64,000 nt of DNA from a virus (lineage: Duplodnaviria > Caudoviricetes), in IMG/VR virus record IMGVR_UViG_3300021962_000022; one strand, 5' to 3'. How positions within the stretch are numbered: position 1 is the stretch's first letter; each line of letters starts with the position of its first letter. Shown here one piece after another: positions 44,934 through 54,115 of this stretch. The position numbers and the translations under genes are program-made. A model generated the notes under the pieces. The model was not told the origin of the DNA, ran no database searches, and worked only from the letters and a program-made list of their open reading frames with translations.

Positions 44934-45512
44934 TTATAACAGAAGCGATAGTATTTTTTGTTTAATTCCACTTTGTTTTATACCCTCGTTGTCTTTAGGT
45001 GTTAAAACAAAATTATCTAAACCCCAATCATGTTCAAATTTGGTACCTTCATGTGTACCTGTTTTACCCATATCTAAATCATCAATAGAAACCCAATGAG
45101 TTATCTCGGGATGGTCATGTAGGTATTGTTTTATCTCAATTACTCGTGTCATTTCCAAATCCCAAACAGGGGACCAAACCCAAGTTCCATACCAGTTACA
45201 TTGACCTAAATTAGGGGTAAATGCAATTGGTTTTTTAATAATTCCTTTTGAGTCATAATACTCACCCATTTCTTCCACATTCGCCCATCTTTTCCAATCA
45301 GAAGATACAACAATTTCAGCACCTGTTTCTTCTAAGATTTCATTAAGTACTTTAACCGCTTTTTGATTAAAGTTGTCGAAACGATATTCGAGTGGCATCT
45401 CTAAATTCGGTTGCTTATGACTAATATTGGCCTTTTCTCTTTTTTTGTAACGTCCACCCCATTCTGTGGATAAACAAATCACACCATCGTGGTCTAAAAA
45501 TATAACTTTCAT
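44934..45512 (-). CDS. HAD domain protein (Swiss-army-knife RNA-repair-like)
   Basis: IFLDHDGV, IVVSSDW and WVSIDD motifs. Confidence 0.8.
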   Translation of the reverse strand: MKVIFLDHDGVICLSTEWGGRYKKREKANISHKQPNLEMPLEYRFDNFNQKAVKVLNEILEETGAEIVVSSDWKRWANVEEMGEYYDSKGIIKKPIAFTPNLGQCNWYGTWVWSPVWDLEMTRVIEIKQYLHDHPEITHWVSIDDLDMGKTGTHEGTKFEHDWGLDNFVLTPKDNEGIKQSGIKQKILSLLL

Positions 45513-45513
45513 C

Positions 45514-45858
45514 TTAATAATTAACTATATGTACCTCCAAACCTTTTTGGGTTGAGGTGTCAATCATGTGTTTCGTCCCTTTACTTTTACCGTCCCAAAA
45601 CGCAATCAATCCATCGGCATAATCGGCCATTTGTGTATTTCTTTTGTAACCTGCTGACTTACCATATTTATTCCAATTAGCGGGAAAAAGAGTTACTCTT
45701 ATTTTATTTTCTGTTGCCCAATTTTCCCCTAAGGAATCGGCGCCACGAGCTTCACCTGAAATAACTTCACTAACTTTTTGAAGTATTAAATCATTACATG
45801 AGTTCTTCAACAACTCATAATTATCAAAATCTCTACCACCGGCAATTATAAATTTCAT
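45514..45858 (-). CDS. SLOG family (YspA/DUF2493-like) protein
   Basis: IIAGGRDF, SGEARGAD, AGYKRN..M and AFWDGKS.GT..MI motifs. Confidence 0.85.
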   Translation of the reverse strand: MKFIIAGGRDFDNYELLKNSCNDLILQKVSEVISGEARGADSLGENWATENKIRVTLFPANWNKYGKSAGYKRNTQMADYADGLIAFWDGKSKGTKHMIDTSTQKGLEVHIVNY

Positions 45859-46206
45859 TTATCTAAAATAAATTTTTATCGGGAAATTACCAAATACGAA
45901 TTTAGTAACATCACATAACCACATTTGTAGTTTGAAATCAATACCGAGATAGTTCTCAAGTTTGTACCAAGCTCCCTCACCAATTTCAGGACCTTCAATT
46001 CTTCCAAGACCTGTAAAGATAAGTTCATAACAACCATCAAAAGGTTCGTCAGATAGTAAAACATGTTTTTCGTTTTCTCCTTGGGACAATATATCCAAAA
46101 ATGAATCTGCACCCATTACCATTTGAAGGTCGTATCGTGAACCTTCCCATTCAGGTAAATCTACAAACCATCCAATGTCATCCCTATAGAATCTAAACAA
46201 TCTCAC
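45859..46206 (-). CDS. DUF6717-like protein
   Basis: WFVDLP...L.MV.GAD..LD...WLC.VT.FVFG.FP motif (family name recalled). Confidence 0.65.
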   Translation of the reverse strand: MRLFRFYRDDIGWFVDLPEWEGSRYDLQMVMGADSFLDILSQGENEKHVLLSDEPFDGCYELIFTGLGRIEGPEIGEGAWYKLENYLGIDFKLQMWLCDVTKFVFGNFPIKIYFR

Positions 46207-46208
46207 AT

Positions 46209-46892
46209 TTACTTATTAAATTTTTTAAATATTTTTATAAAGTCTTGAGAGTATTTTTGGTAAACCGAATCATTCCACTCAGTATGTTTTCCTGTTGACA
46301 TGTAAGCTTGTATCTCATCGTCGATAATACATTTATCATCTGAATAACCACCCTTTACTAAAATTTTCTTTAGATGTTCATAATCTTTAGTATTGATGTC
46401 GCCTATCAAATAATCCATCTCAACTTTGTAATGGGGATTTGTAAAATAGAAACCATGAGCAATCTCATGATTCATGACACCACTTTTTAATTTATCTACA
46501 CCGATAAGATACCAAGAGTGTTGTTCACCGCGGTTTTGTATTCTTGATTCTCTCTCACAATACTCAATTATCTCATTCATTGTGTAATCGTACTGTGAAA
46601 CGGGAGAACCAAAGGTACTCCTCGCTTCAAGTAAAACTTTAGAAGGTATGTTGTACCCCGTCCAATCACTTTGGTAAGTAAAGTGTAATTTTTTATTCTG
46701 TGTGGTATAAAGTTTCATATACTCCTCGATGGTAAAAAACTTACCCCTTATTTGTGGATAAGGTGATTCGTAAAATTCTTGGTACCTACAAAATAATGAA
46801 GACCTATCATATTGGTTTTTTATTATCGTTGCAAATATGAAAGGTTTGATTTCTCTAACTTCACCCTCAATCAATGAATTTGATATACGCAT
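46209..46892 (-). CDS. HEXXH zincin-like protein
   Basis: HEIAH followed by DEIQAY. Confidence 0.65.
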   Translation of the reverse strand: MRISNSLIEGEVREIKPFIFATIIKNQYDRSSLFCRYQEFYESPYPQIRGKFFTIEEYMKLYTTQNKKLHFTYQSDWTGYNIPSKVLLEARSTFGSPVSQYDYTMNEIIEYCERESRIQNRGEQHSWYLIGVDKLKSGVMNHEIAHGFYFTNPHYKVEMDYLIGDINTKDYEHLKKILVKGGYSDDKCIIDDEIQAYMSTGKHTEWNDSVYQKYSQDFIKIFKKFNK

Positions 46893-47098
46893 TTACGTTG
46901 TTTTTATAAAAATAAGAACATTTTTAGAAAATACTCTTTTTCAATAAAAATGTTGTTCTGTATGTTGTTTGTTATCGTCCCAAGTGTAGTCATCATCTAC
47001 GTTTGGGGTCTCTTGAATGATGTGCTCATTACTAATTGTGTCATCATTGATAATGACTTGATTATTAACCTCTTTTGGACTTTTCATGAAAATAAATA

Positions 47099-47422
47099 TT
47101 AAGGGCCAACAAAATATTTTGACTTCCAAAATTGGTACCATTTTCTTTTTTGAACTGGCTTACAATTTGAAAAAGGGTTATCACCAAAATTAACTCTTCC
47201 TTGATATCGGGCAGATAAAACATTCAAGAATATTTCATGGTATTCTTTTGGGATTGTATTGAAATCCGCGGTGATGTTAACCTTTAGTTGGATGGGTCCA
47301 TCATTATGTTGAACAACCAAATAGTCATTCAAGGTGATTACCGTGGACTTTCTAATGTTAATCCAATCTCCACTAAAACCAATGTCTTGGTTATTTTCAT
47401 TTGAGGGGTCTACGACTACCAT
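47099..47422 (-). CDS. hypothetical protein
   Basis: co-oriented ORF with KRKWYQFWK tail. Confidence 0.65.
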   Translation of the reverse strand: MVVVDPSNENNQDIGFSGDWINIRKSTVITLNDYLVVQHNDGPIQLKVNITADFNTIPKEYHEIFLNVLSARYQGRVNFGDNPFSNCKPVQKRKWYQFWKSKYFVGP

Positions 47423-47438
47423 ATTTTTTAATTTTTAT

Positions 47439-47603
47439 TTAGAAAATTTCTTCAGCAATTCCCAATATCTCTGCAACGAAAAACAAAATAGCTGCGGTCT
47501 CTAAATTTGTAAAAAATAAAAAATAACAGGCGACTATTCTTAGTCCTGATTTTGCTAAACTTATGTTAAAATGTGAATTAGATTTAGATTCTTTCGGTTC
47601 CAT
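47439..47603 (-). CDS. small membrane protein (54 aa)
   Basis: translated by hand: MEPKESKSNSHFNISLAKSGLRI...AEILGIAEEIF; promoter at 47624-47654. Confidence 0.7.
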   Translation of the reverse strand: MEPKESKSNSHFNISLAKSGLRIVACYFLFFTNLETAAILFFVAEILGIAEEIF

Positions 47604-47665
47604 GGTTAATAAATTTTACTGACCAAATATATAAAAAAATTTCGGATTTCCAAAAAAATAAAAAT

Positions 47666-49072
47666 TTATTTTGTAATATATTCATATTTTTCTTTAACCC
47701 ACGTTGTACTTGAATGTTTTAACATTCTCTTAGTCAACTCAGAGATTGGAGAATTGAAATGGGGTTCAACCGGACTATTGGCTTTACCATATGACATGAT
47801 TAGGGAACCCTTTTTATATTCCAAGTTGATGTTTGTTCGATTATGTTTCATGGACAAATAGATGTACACAACTCCTTTGTTAAATTGTTTTGATAAACAA
47901 TTCTTCATTGCGTAACCTTCTTTGATGAAGTCCTCTTCACTTTTCAAGACCCTTACCTTAAAAATTTTATCGTCAATCACAATGTCCGACTCAATATCAT
48001 TTAAAAAGTTTTCACTATATGAATACCTTACTTTATATCCCTTTTTAAAGTGATTTTTTATATTTTCTAAATCATTTAAAAGTAATTCTAATGAAATTAA
48101 ATCCCTGACATTAAATCTAGTAACAATACTTTTAGAATCTAAAAATTCTCTTAGTGTTAGTACTTTATTTATTGTCTCAAGTAAATCATATTGTTGAATT
48201 TGATTAATTGATACCTCACCCCAATTTTTAATCACATTAACCAAACAAGCTCTTTCCTTTTCATTATTCAATGAGTGATATTTTTTGAACAGAATCCTAT
48301 TAGATGTTAATTCAACCCAATTAATCTGTCTTAAATAATCAACATACCCCTCACCAAATAATTTACATAAGTAACTGAGTGTTTTTATGTCGACATTTCG
48401 ATTTTGATACTCGTTTAAACTTGCTATTAGGTATTTTGATTTAATACCATAAGAATCCAAAACCGCTGGTAAAAATTTGTTCTCATTTGTTTTTAACCAT
48501 TTTGATTTTGGATAATCCTTAAGAATTGAAATGTATATTGCGTCGTGATGTTTTATCTTTTTTTTGTGGAGATGGAAATCAACCAATAAATCATATAACG
48601 AGTTTATTGAAAAGTTTTTTTGGTAATCTTTTTCTACCGGTTGATTTATTTCTGGTTTAATTTTTGAAACTATAATATTCGTGATTTCCTCAATCATTAA
48701 ATCATATTTCTTACCCCAAAACCCTCTTCTCTTTTCACCTTTATAGAATCCATTTTCTATTAGGTACAAAACCGACTCAAAATTATTCTTCTTAATATTA
48801 TTCCTACCTCGAGCCCTTTCGGTTGGTGATTGGTTGGAGAGTTGGTAATATGTGTTTACGTCCCCATTTTTTAAATTTATTGTGAAACCATGATGTACTG
48901 TTAAAATGTTTTTGGTTCCGTAACGAAGATAGTCAAATGAAAAATCGGCAATATAATGTAACAAATTATCGAATTGATAAAGTTGGATTTCAGAAATTGA
49001 AGTCGTGTTATTAACTTTCGATTTCTTGTTTTGATAATGCCTGAATAACAAATCCATGTATAAAATATACAT
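47666..49072 (-). CDS. PcfJ-like domain protein (paralogue 1)
   Basis: C-terminal LKSEEDFIKEGYAMKNCL...IYLS; shares FLPAVLDSYGI-type segment with the neighbour. Confidence 0.65.
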   Translation of the reverse strand: MYILYMDLLFRHYQNKKSKVNNTTSISEIQLYQFDNLLHYIADFSFDYLRYGTKNILTVHHGFTINLKNGDVNTYYQLSNQSPTERARGRNNIKKNNFESVLYLIENGFYKGEKRRGFWGKKYDLMIEEITNIIVSKIKPEINQPVEKDYQKNFSINSLYDLLVDFHLHKKKIKHHDAIYISILKDYPKSKWLKTNENKFLPAVLDSYGIKSKYLIASLNEYQNRNVDIKTLSYLCKLFGEGYVDYLRQINWVELTSNRILFKKYHSLNNEKERACLVNVIKNWGEVSINQIQQYDLLETINKVLTLREFLDSKSIVTRFNVRDLISLELLLNDLENIKNHFKKGYKVRYSYSENFLNDIESDIVIDDKIFKVRVLKSEEDFIKEGYAMKNCLSKQFNKGVVYIYLSMKHNRTNINLEYKKGSLIMSYGKANSPVEPHFNSPISELTKRMLKHSSTTWVKEKYEYITK

Positions 49073-49095
49073 GGACTAAATTTTATTTTGTAGTA

Positions 49096-50970
49096 TTAAA
49101 AATGAACTTCCTGAATGCCATCCAACAATTGGTTAAATAAATCCATATCGTTTTCTTCCCTGTTAGGAACTTCCTTACCATTAATTTTAATCTTAACTTT
49201 TTTAACATCGATGTGATTCAAAAGTCGTTGGGTTGCAAATTTCTTTATTCTTTTTTTCAATATTTCTAAAGAATCGATAAAATAGGTTGGGGGTAGTTTG
49301 TTACAAAAGTATCTTTCTTGAATACATTCTCCCGATTTTTTATTGAATTCGCAAGTAACTCTATCGGTGTTTTCACCTGACCTCAGTGAAACAATCATAG
49401 ATGATTCTTTATTTGCGTAACTGGCAACACAATGATGCATGAAAGTACCCTCTTCTGAATACTCTTCCTCTCTTTTCAAAATTATTGGGTTGAATGTATG
49501 TTCAACATTTTCAAAAGACGTTTTAATTTGTTCTTGAACCAACCTAACCATTCTGTTGTCATATTGGTATTCAATAGACCACCCTTTCTTAATTAAAGAA
49601 CACATCTTTGTTAATTCCATATGTTCCGTATGAAAGTCAGGGTAATTTGACGCCCTCATTTTCATATTAGGGTCGTAATCCCTAATTTTTTCAATCATAT
49701 CAAAATGGTCTTTAAACAATGAATACAAACCTCTGACTGTTGTGGATTGTGTATCTTGTGATTTTGGATTTATTAATGAATTGACAATTTTAATAAGGTT
49801 TTCTCTATCCGTCTTATCAATATTCAAATGTCTTATACTGTTACCAACACCTCTCATTTCTAGAGGCACCGATGAAGTCATTGTGGCAACCTCATGTGTG
49901 AAAAATTTAATAGATTCCGGTTTCAGTGAACCAAGATATTTTGGATATTCTTTTCCAAGTAATCCACAAAAACATGAAAGTTCTTGTAAATTTAATTTCG
50001 GATTATCATGAAAAAGTTTTTTAACTAATTTAGAATTTATTCCAAAACTATCTAAAATTGATTGAACTAATTTTCTTTCATTTTTCTTGAGAAATTTTTC
50101 AGTTGGGTAATATGATTTAATTAACGGTGTAAAATTATTTGGTACCTTGATTTTCTTTTTCTCAACAAAAAATTTGATGAATTTAGTTATGAACTCATGT
50201 TTATCAAATAAATTCCCACATTGAGAGGGTAACTCTTTGATATACTCCTTAATCACATTTATAAATTCACTGTCGTCAAATACTTTTACATATTCATCAG
50301 CAACTTTTAAATCTTTATTTATACCACTTTTCACATTAAAAATGTAATTTGAATTTAAAAGTATTTCTAAAGTAGAAAATGAATTCTTTCTGAAGGACTT
50401 TCTTTTAGTACTTCCAAATGACATGTCACCAATTGTAAAATCACCTTTAACCAAATCAATAGTCAACGTATGAACTGATGATGATTTCCTAAAGTATTTC
50501 CAATTGAACTCCCTTCTTCTGTTGTTTTGATATAATCGTATGTGGAGTTTATTCTCTTTAATTTGAATTGTTCTCTCTGTTGTTACAATCCGTATTGCTG
50601 CTAAAGGATTCCCGTAATGTCTTTTAAGGTGTTTTTCGTTTGATGTGTAACAAGGTTCCTTTGTTAATTTTTGGAATGCAACATATTCCTTTTGAGTATT
50701 ATTGTAAAAGTATTTCGTTCTTTTCCCTGTCTTTGGGAAAGGTTCTAATTTAATATCAACGTAAGAGGGAATCTTTTTACGAATTACCTGAGAGGTTTGA
50801 ATCTCATTAAGAATCGTATCAATCGAAGGTTCAATTGATTCAAACGGCAAATCGAAATCATCACTAAGAATAACCGGTTTCTTTTCGTTTACTCTCTCAT
50901 TCTCAATAGTACAGTTGTCCCTTATAAGGTCAATTACAGAATATGTAAATCTTTGTTTGATTAGTTCCAT
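49096..50970 (-). CDS. PcfJ-like domain protein (paralogue 2)
   Basis: C-terminal EEGTFMHHCVASY...SLR...T.EF...Q.R..CN motif. Confidence 0.75.
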   Translation of the reverse strand: MELIKQRFTYSVIDLIRDNCTIENERVNEKKPVILSDDFDLPFESIEPSIDTILNEIQTSQVIRKKIPSYVDIKLEPFPKTGKRTKYFYNNTQKEYVAFQKLTKEPCYTSNEKHLKRHYGNPLAAIRIVTTERTIQIKENKLHIRLYQNNRRREFNWKYFRKSSSVHTLTIDLVKGDFTIGDMSFGSTKRKSFRKNSFSTLEILLNSNYIFNVKSGINKDLKVADEYVKVFDDSEFINVIKEYIKELPSQCGNLFDKHEFITKFIKFFVEKKKIKVPNNFTPLIKSYYPTEKFLKKNERKLVQSILDSFGINSKLVKKLFHDNPKLNLQELSCFCGLLGKEYPKYLGSLKPESIKFFTHEVATMTSSVPLEMRGVGNSIRHLNIDKTDRENLIKIVNSLINPKSQDTQSTTVRGLYSLFKDHFDMIEKIRDYDPNMKMRASNYPDFHTEHMELTKMCSLIKKGWSIEYQYDNRMVRLVQEQIKTSFENVEHTFNPIILKREEEYSEEGTFMHHCVASYANKESSMIVSLRSGENTDRVTCEFNKKSGECIQERYFCNKLPPTYFIDSLEILKKRIKKFATQRLLNHIDVKKVKIKINGKEVPNREENDMDLFNQLLDGIQEVHF

Positions 50971-51037
50971 TGTGACGTTTTTACAAATATATTACTTTTT
51001 TTGTGATATCCATATTTATCTTTATAAAATTATTAAC

Positions 51038-51181
51038 ATGGCAGCAGGAAAAAGTTCAAAAGGTAAATCGTCTAATGCTTCAGTAAAAGTAAACTTCGGT
51101 AAAAGACGTATCGGTAAAGCTAAAAAATCTTTTAACAAACACGATAAAAGAGAAAAGAATTACAGAGGGCAGGGTCGTTAA
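51038..51181 (+). CDS. small basic protein (47 aa)
   Basis: MAAGKSSKGK...KNYRGQGR; TATTTATC 17 nt upstream. Confidence 0.7.
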   Translation: MAAGKSSKGKSSNASVKVNFGKRRIGKAKKSFNKHDKREKNYRGQGR

Positions 51182-51489
51182 TACAAATTTTGAAAAAATT
51201 GTATTAAGGTATACGAAAGTTTATATCCTGTAAATGCACCTAACGCCGAGGGTATTGGAAAGACTATTAATTTGCCTAAATCTGTAACATATTTTGGTCG
51301 ATTTACAATTCGACCCATGTAATAATAGTAGACAATGTAACCCAAAAGAACAGCAATATCTGTTCTTGTTGCAATAAAAACAACCAAGGTTGCACCAATG
51401 AATCCGAAAGTAAAGTTATCTCTAATTCCTTCCCAAATTTCATAAGTTGTCGCATTCTTATATTCTTTTACAATTTTCTTGAGTTTCAC
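51178..51489 (-). CDS. membrane protein
   Basis: three hydrophobic segments. Confidence 0.7.
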   Translation of the reverse strand: MKLKKIVKEYKNATTYEIWEGIRDNFTFGFIGATLVVFIATRTDIAVLLGYIVYYYYMGRIVNRPKYVTDLGKLIVFPIPSALGAFTGYKLSYTLIQFFQNLY

Positions 51490-52029
51490 TTATTCTAAAT
51501 TTAAATCAATACGTGTTTTTTCTCCACTTGGATGTGAGTAAATTCCATGAGTTGGTTTCAACATGTAATTCATATTAGTTAGTTTTCTAACATAACGTGG
51601 TCCCATTCCTGGTTTTAAATATGCAATAGTTAAGTGAGGATGGTAATCAGGAAAATTATTGGTGTGTGGGAATTTTCTAAGTTCACCATTGGCATCATGT
51701 AAATTTGGTCCATTCACATCAAACTTTAAAACATCGTACATTTCATTTTGAAACAATGATGGGTTATGTACTCGACACGTGTTAAATGTAAACCCGTTTA
51801 ATGTGTTCTTTATATCATCTACTGTTACGTCGTCGTGGGTACCGAACAATAAAGTTGTGTGTGGTTCATTCTCTAAACCATATGAATCATCATACTCGTT
51901 AACATAGAGATGATTGGGGTCGATTAATTTATGGATGTGATTAATTTCAGGGAAATTAAAATATAACATAGTACAACCAAAGTCGTACCTCCTGTTTTGT
52001 GATTCTTTTAGTAACGACATAAACTTCAT
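51490..52029 (-). CDS. 2H phosphoesterase, T4 gp57B/Acb1-like
   Basis: two HxT motifs: PHTTLLF and YHPHLTIAY. Confidence 0.8.
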   Translation of the reverse strand: MKFMSLLKESQNRRYDFGCTMLYFNFPEINHIHKLIDPNHLYVNEYDDSYGLENEPHTTLLFGTHDDVTVDDIKNTLNGFTFNTCRVHNPSLFQNEMYDVLKFDVNGPNLHDANGELRKFPHTNNFPDYHPHLTIAYLKPGMGPRYVRKLTNMNYMLKPTHGIYSHPSGEKTRIDLNLE

Positions 52030-52033
52030 AAAA

Positions 52034-53410
52034 TTATTTATCAGAATTTATGTTACCTTGGATGGACCATGTGAAATCTAATTTGACATCATTTTTAAAT
52101 AACGATGTATCCATCATATCGATATACTGGTTTGTTGAATATCCATTTTTACCTGTCATGGTTGATAACGCGTGACAGGACATACAATTGGTTTGCATAC
52201 CATACACAAAATCAGGTCTAAATTTATTAGGTAAACTGAAGACTTTTGGTCCGAATCCCCCTTCAAGATAAGGATTGAATGCTAAAATAGGTCTAGCATT
52301 GTCATCAGACCCACCTGTTACAGGTTGATTTGGCCAAACCATAGCATATGCCGTACTAACAGCGTAATGTGATGCCGCACCTTTAAGTTCTTTAGGTCTC
52401 AAACCCGCTTCAAATTTAGAACTTGGTGAAGGTGGATTCGACGGGTCAGGACACCAAAAATAAGTTTGCCATGTCCAATTCTTAAATTCTTTTGTTGTCA
52501 CATGCATTGCAACCAATAATACATAATCACCCTCGATAAATTGTCTACTTGGTGTAGTTCCAACGTCCTGATGACTATTAAGATAATCGGCACCCACTCT
52601 ATCAATTTTATAGTTAATGAAATCATTTACGTTACATGTTGCCGCTTTGATTTGTTCTTGTGTTGGGTTAGATGTGGTAACAGGAACTAATTTTTTATTT
52701 GGTTCTTGGTTGTTGTTAACATCAGCATATACCCACTGTTGCCATTCTGTGTATTTGAAAGCTTTGGCAGGATTTGGTGAGACCCAAACAGGTACTCTAA
52801 TTAAACCATTTTTACTTGGTACACCAGCATAATATGTTGGTTTAGTTGTGATTGATGTGTTAGGGAATTCAGGTACCGCACCAATACCATTTTTAACTGT
52901 ATATCCATTTAACACAGATTGATTAAACAATCTATTAGATGTTGCAAAGTGTGCCGCGGATGGGTCATAAGATACCGTCTCTAATACTGTAAAATTCGTA
53001 TCAACTTTCTGTCCTGCAAATAGTCTACCGTGAACAAATTGTTTTGGTATACTTAATTGTGTTCTATTTGTTTTCTCAACATCACTTGATACTTGACCTT
53101 GAGCAGACATCGCGGCCAATTCTTGAACACCCATCCAAGTTTCAAAAACCAATAGGGGTTGTCCATTATATTTTTGTTTTGTTGGTTCTGTTAAACCAGC
53201 CCAAATACCCCAAGCGTGACTTACGATACTTGTTGTATCTTGATTTTCTAACCAAGTATAAATTTTGTTAGAATCTTCTGGGAAGTTAAAATCTTTAATA
53301 CCCAAATGTGTTGGAAACTCCGCGGGTTTAATTGTGTTACTTGTATCAGAACAAGAATAAATTAGGGTAAATAATCCTAAAATTACTAATAGTGTTTTTG
53401 TTAATTTCAT
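52034..53410 (-). CDS. lipoprotein with c-type heme-binding motif
   Basis: lipobox LIYSC; C-terminal NCMSCH (CxxCH). Confidence 0.7.
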   Translation of the reverse strand: MKLTKTLLVILGLFTLIYSCSDTSNTIKPAEFPTHLGIKDFNFPEDSNKIYTWLENQDTTSIVSHAWGIWAGLTEPTKQKYNGQPLLVFETWMGVQELAAMSAQGQVSSDVEKTNRTQLSIPKQFVHGRLFAGQKVDTNFTVLETVSYDPSAAHFATSNRLFNQSVLNGYTVKNGIGAVPEFPNTSITTKPTYYAGVPSKNGLIRVPVWVSPNPAKAFKYTEWQQWVYADVNNNQEPNKKLVPVTTSNPTQEQIKAATCNVNDFINYKIDRVGADYLNSHQDVGTTPSRQFIEGDYVLLVAMHVTTKEFKNWTWQTYFWCPDPSNPPSPSSKFEAGLRPKELKGAASHYAVSTAYAMVWPNQPVTGGSDDNARPILAFNPYLEGGFGPKVFSLPNKFRPDFVYGMQTNCMSCHALSTMTGKNGYSTNQYIDMMDTSLFKNDVKLDFTWSIQGNINSDK

Positions 53411-53673
53411 TTTTGGTTGTTTTTATTTTCTTTTATTATAAACTTATTTATTTCGTGAAGAACTTCGGTAGAATCAAATCTTGGTGAGTAGACCACATCC
53501 CATATACTTCTATATTTTTCACCGGGATATAATCTACACTGTGCCCATTTTTTTCCATTCTCAAAATCAATCACGGACCACAATAACGGTTTTGTTAGAG
53601 TAGGTGAATTCAATTTTCTAATATTAATCAGTAATAACTTAAATAAATTTTTTAATTTTTTAAATAACTTCAT
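53407..53673 (-). CDS. hypothetical protein
   Basis: ATGA overlap. Confidence 0.6.
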   Translation of the reverse strand: MKLFKKLKNLFKLLLINIRKLNSPTLTKPLLWSVIDFENGKKWAQCRLYPGEKYRSIWDVVYSPRFDSTEVLHEINKFIIKENKNNQK

Positions 53674-53832
53674 ATATTTTTAGGTGTATATCCAATTACG
53701 AATTGGTAATTAAACCAACCGATTATTAATTCATAGTCTCCATTTAACCATTTATTGTGTGTGACCTTAATGTAAGGTAAAATATATGTTTGGTACATGA
53801 CTTTGTCAATACTAATTTTCATCATATCTTAA

Positions 53833-54102
53833 TTACTTAGTGGTGCTTTTATTGATGGGTGTGATTCCTAACTCTTTAAGTTGTTTTTTTGATAAAGGTT
53901 TAATTGGTTTAGGTTCTACAAACTTTTGATATGTTCTTTTAATAGGGTCTTTCTTAAAAAAATAACCTGTTACATCTACATAACGAAGTAGTTCTTTATC
54001 ACCTTCAATTGTAGTTGTTCCATTTGATGCTTTAAGCATAACAATTTTGTATCCGAATTTATTGGATAACCATTTGATAAATTTTACGTGTAGTCTTTTC
54101 AT
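53833..54102 (-). CDS. hypothetical protein
   Basis: co-oriented ORF. Confidence 0.65.
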   Translation of the reverse strand: MKRLHVKFIKWLSNKFGYKIVMLKASNGTTTIEGDKELLRYVDVTGYFFKKDPIKRTYQKFVEPKPIKPLSKKQLKELGITPINKSTTK

Positions 54103-54115
54103 AATTTTATATTTT

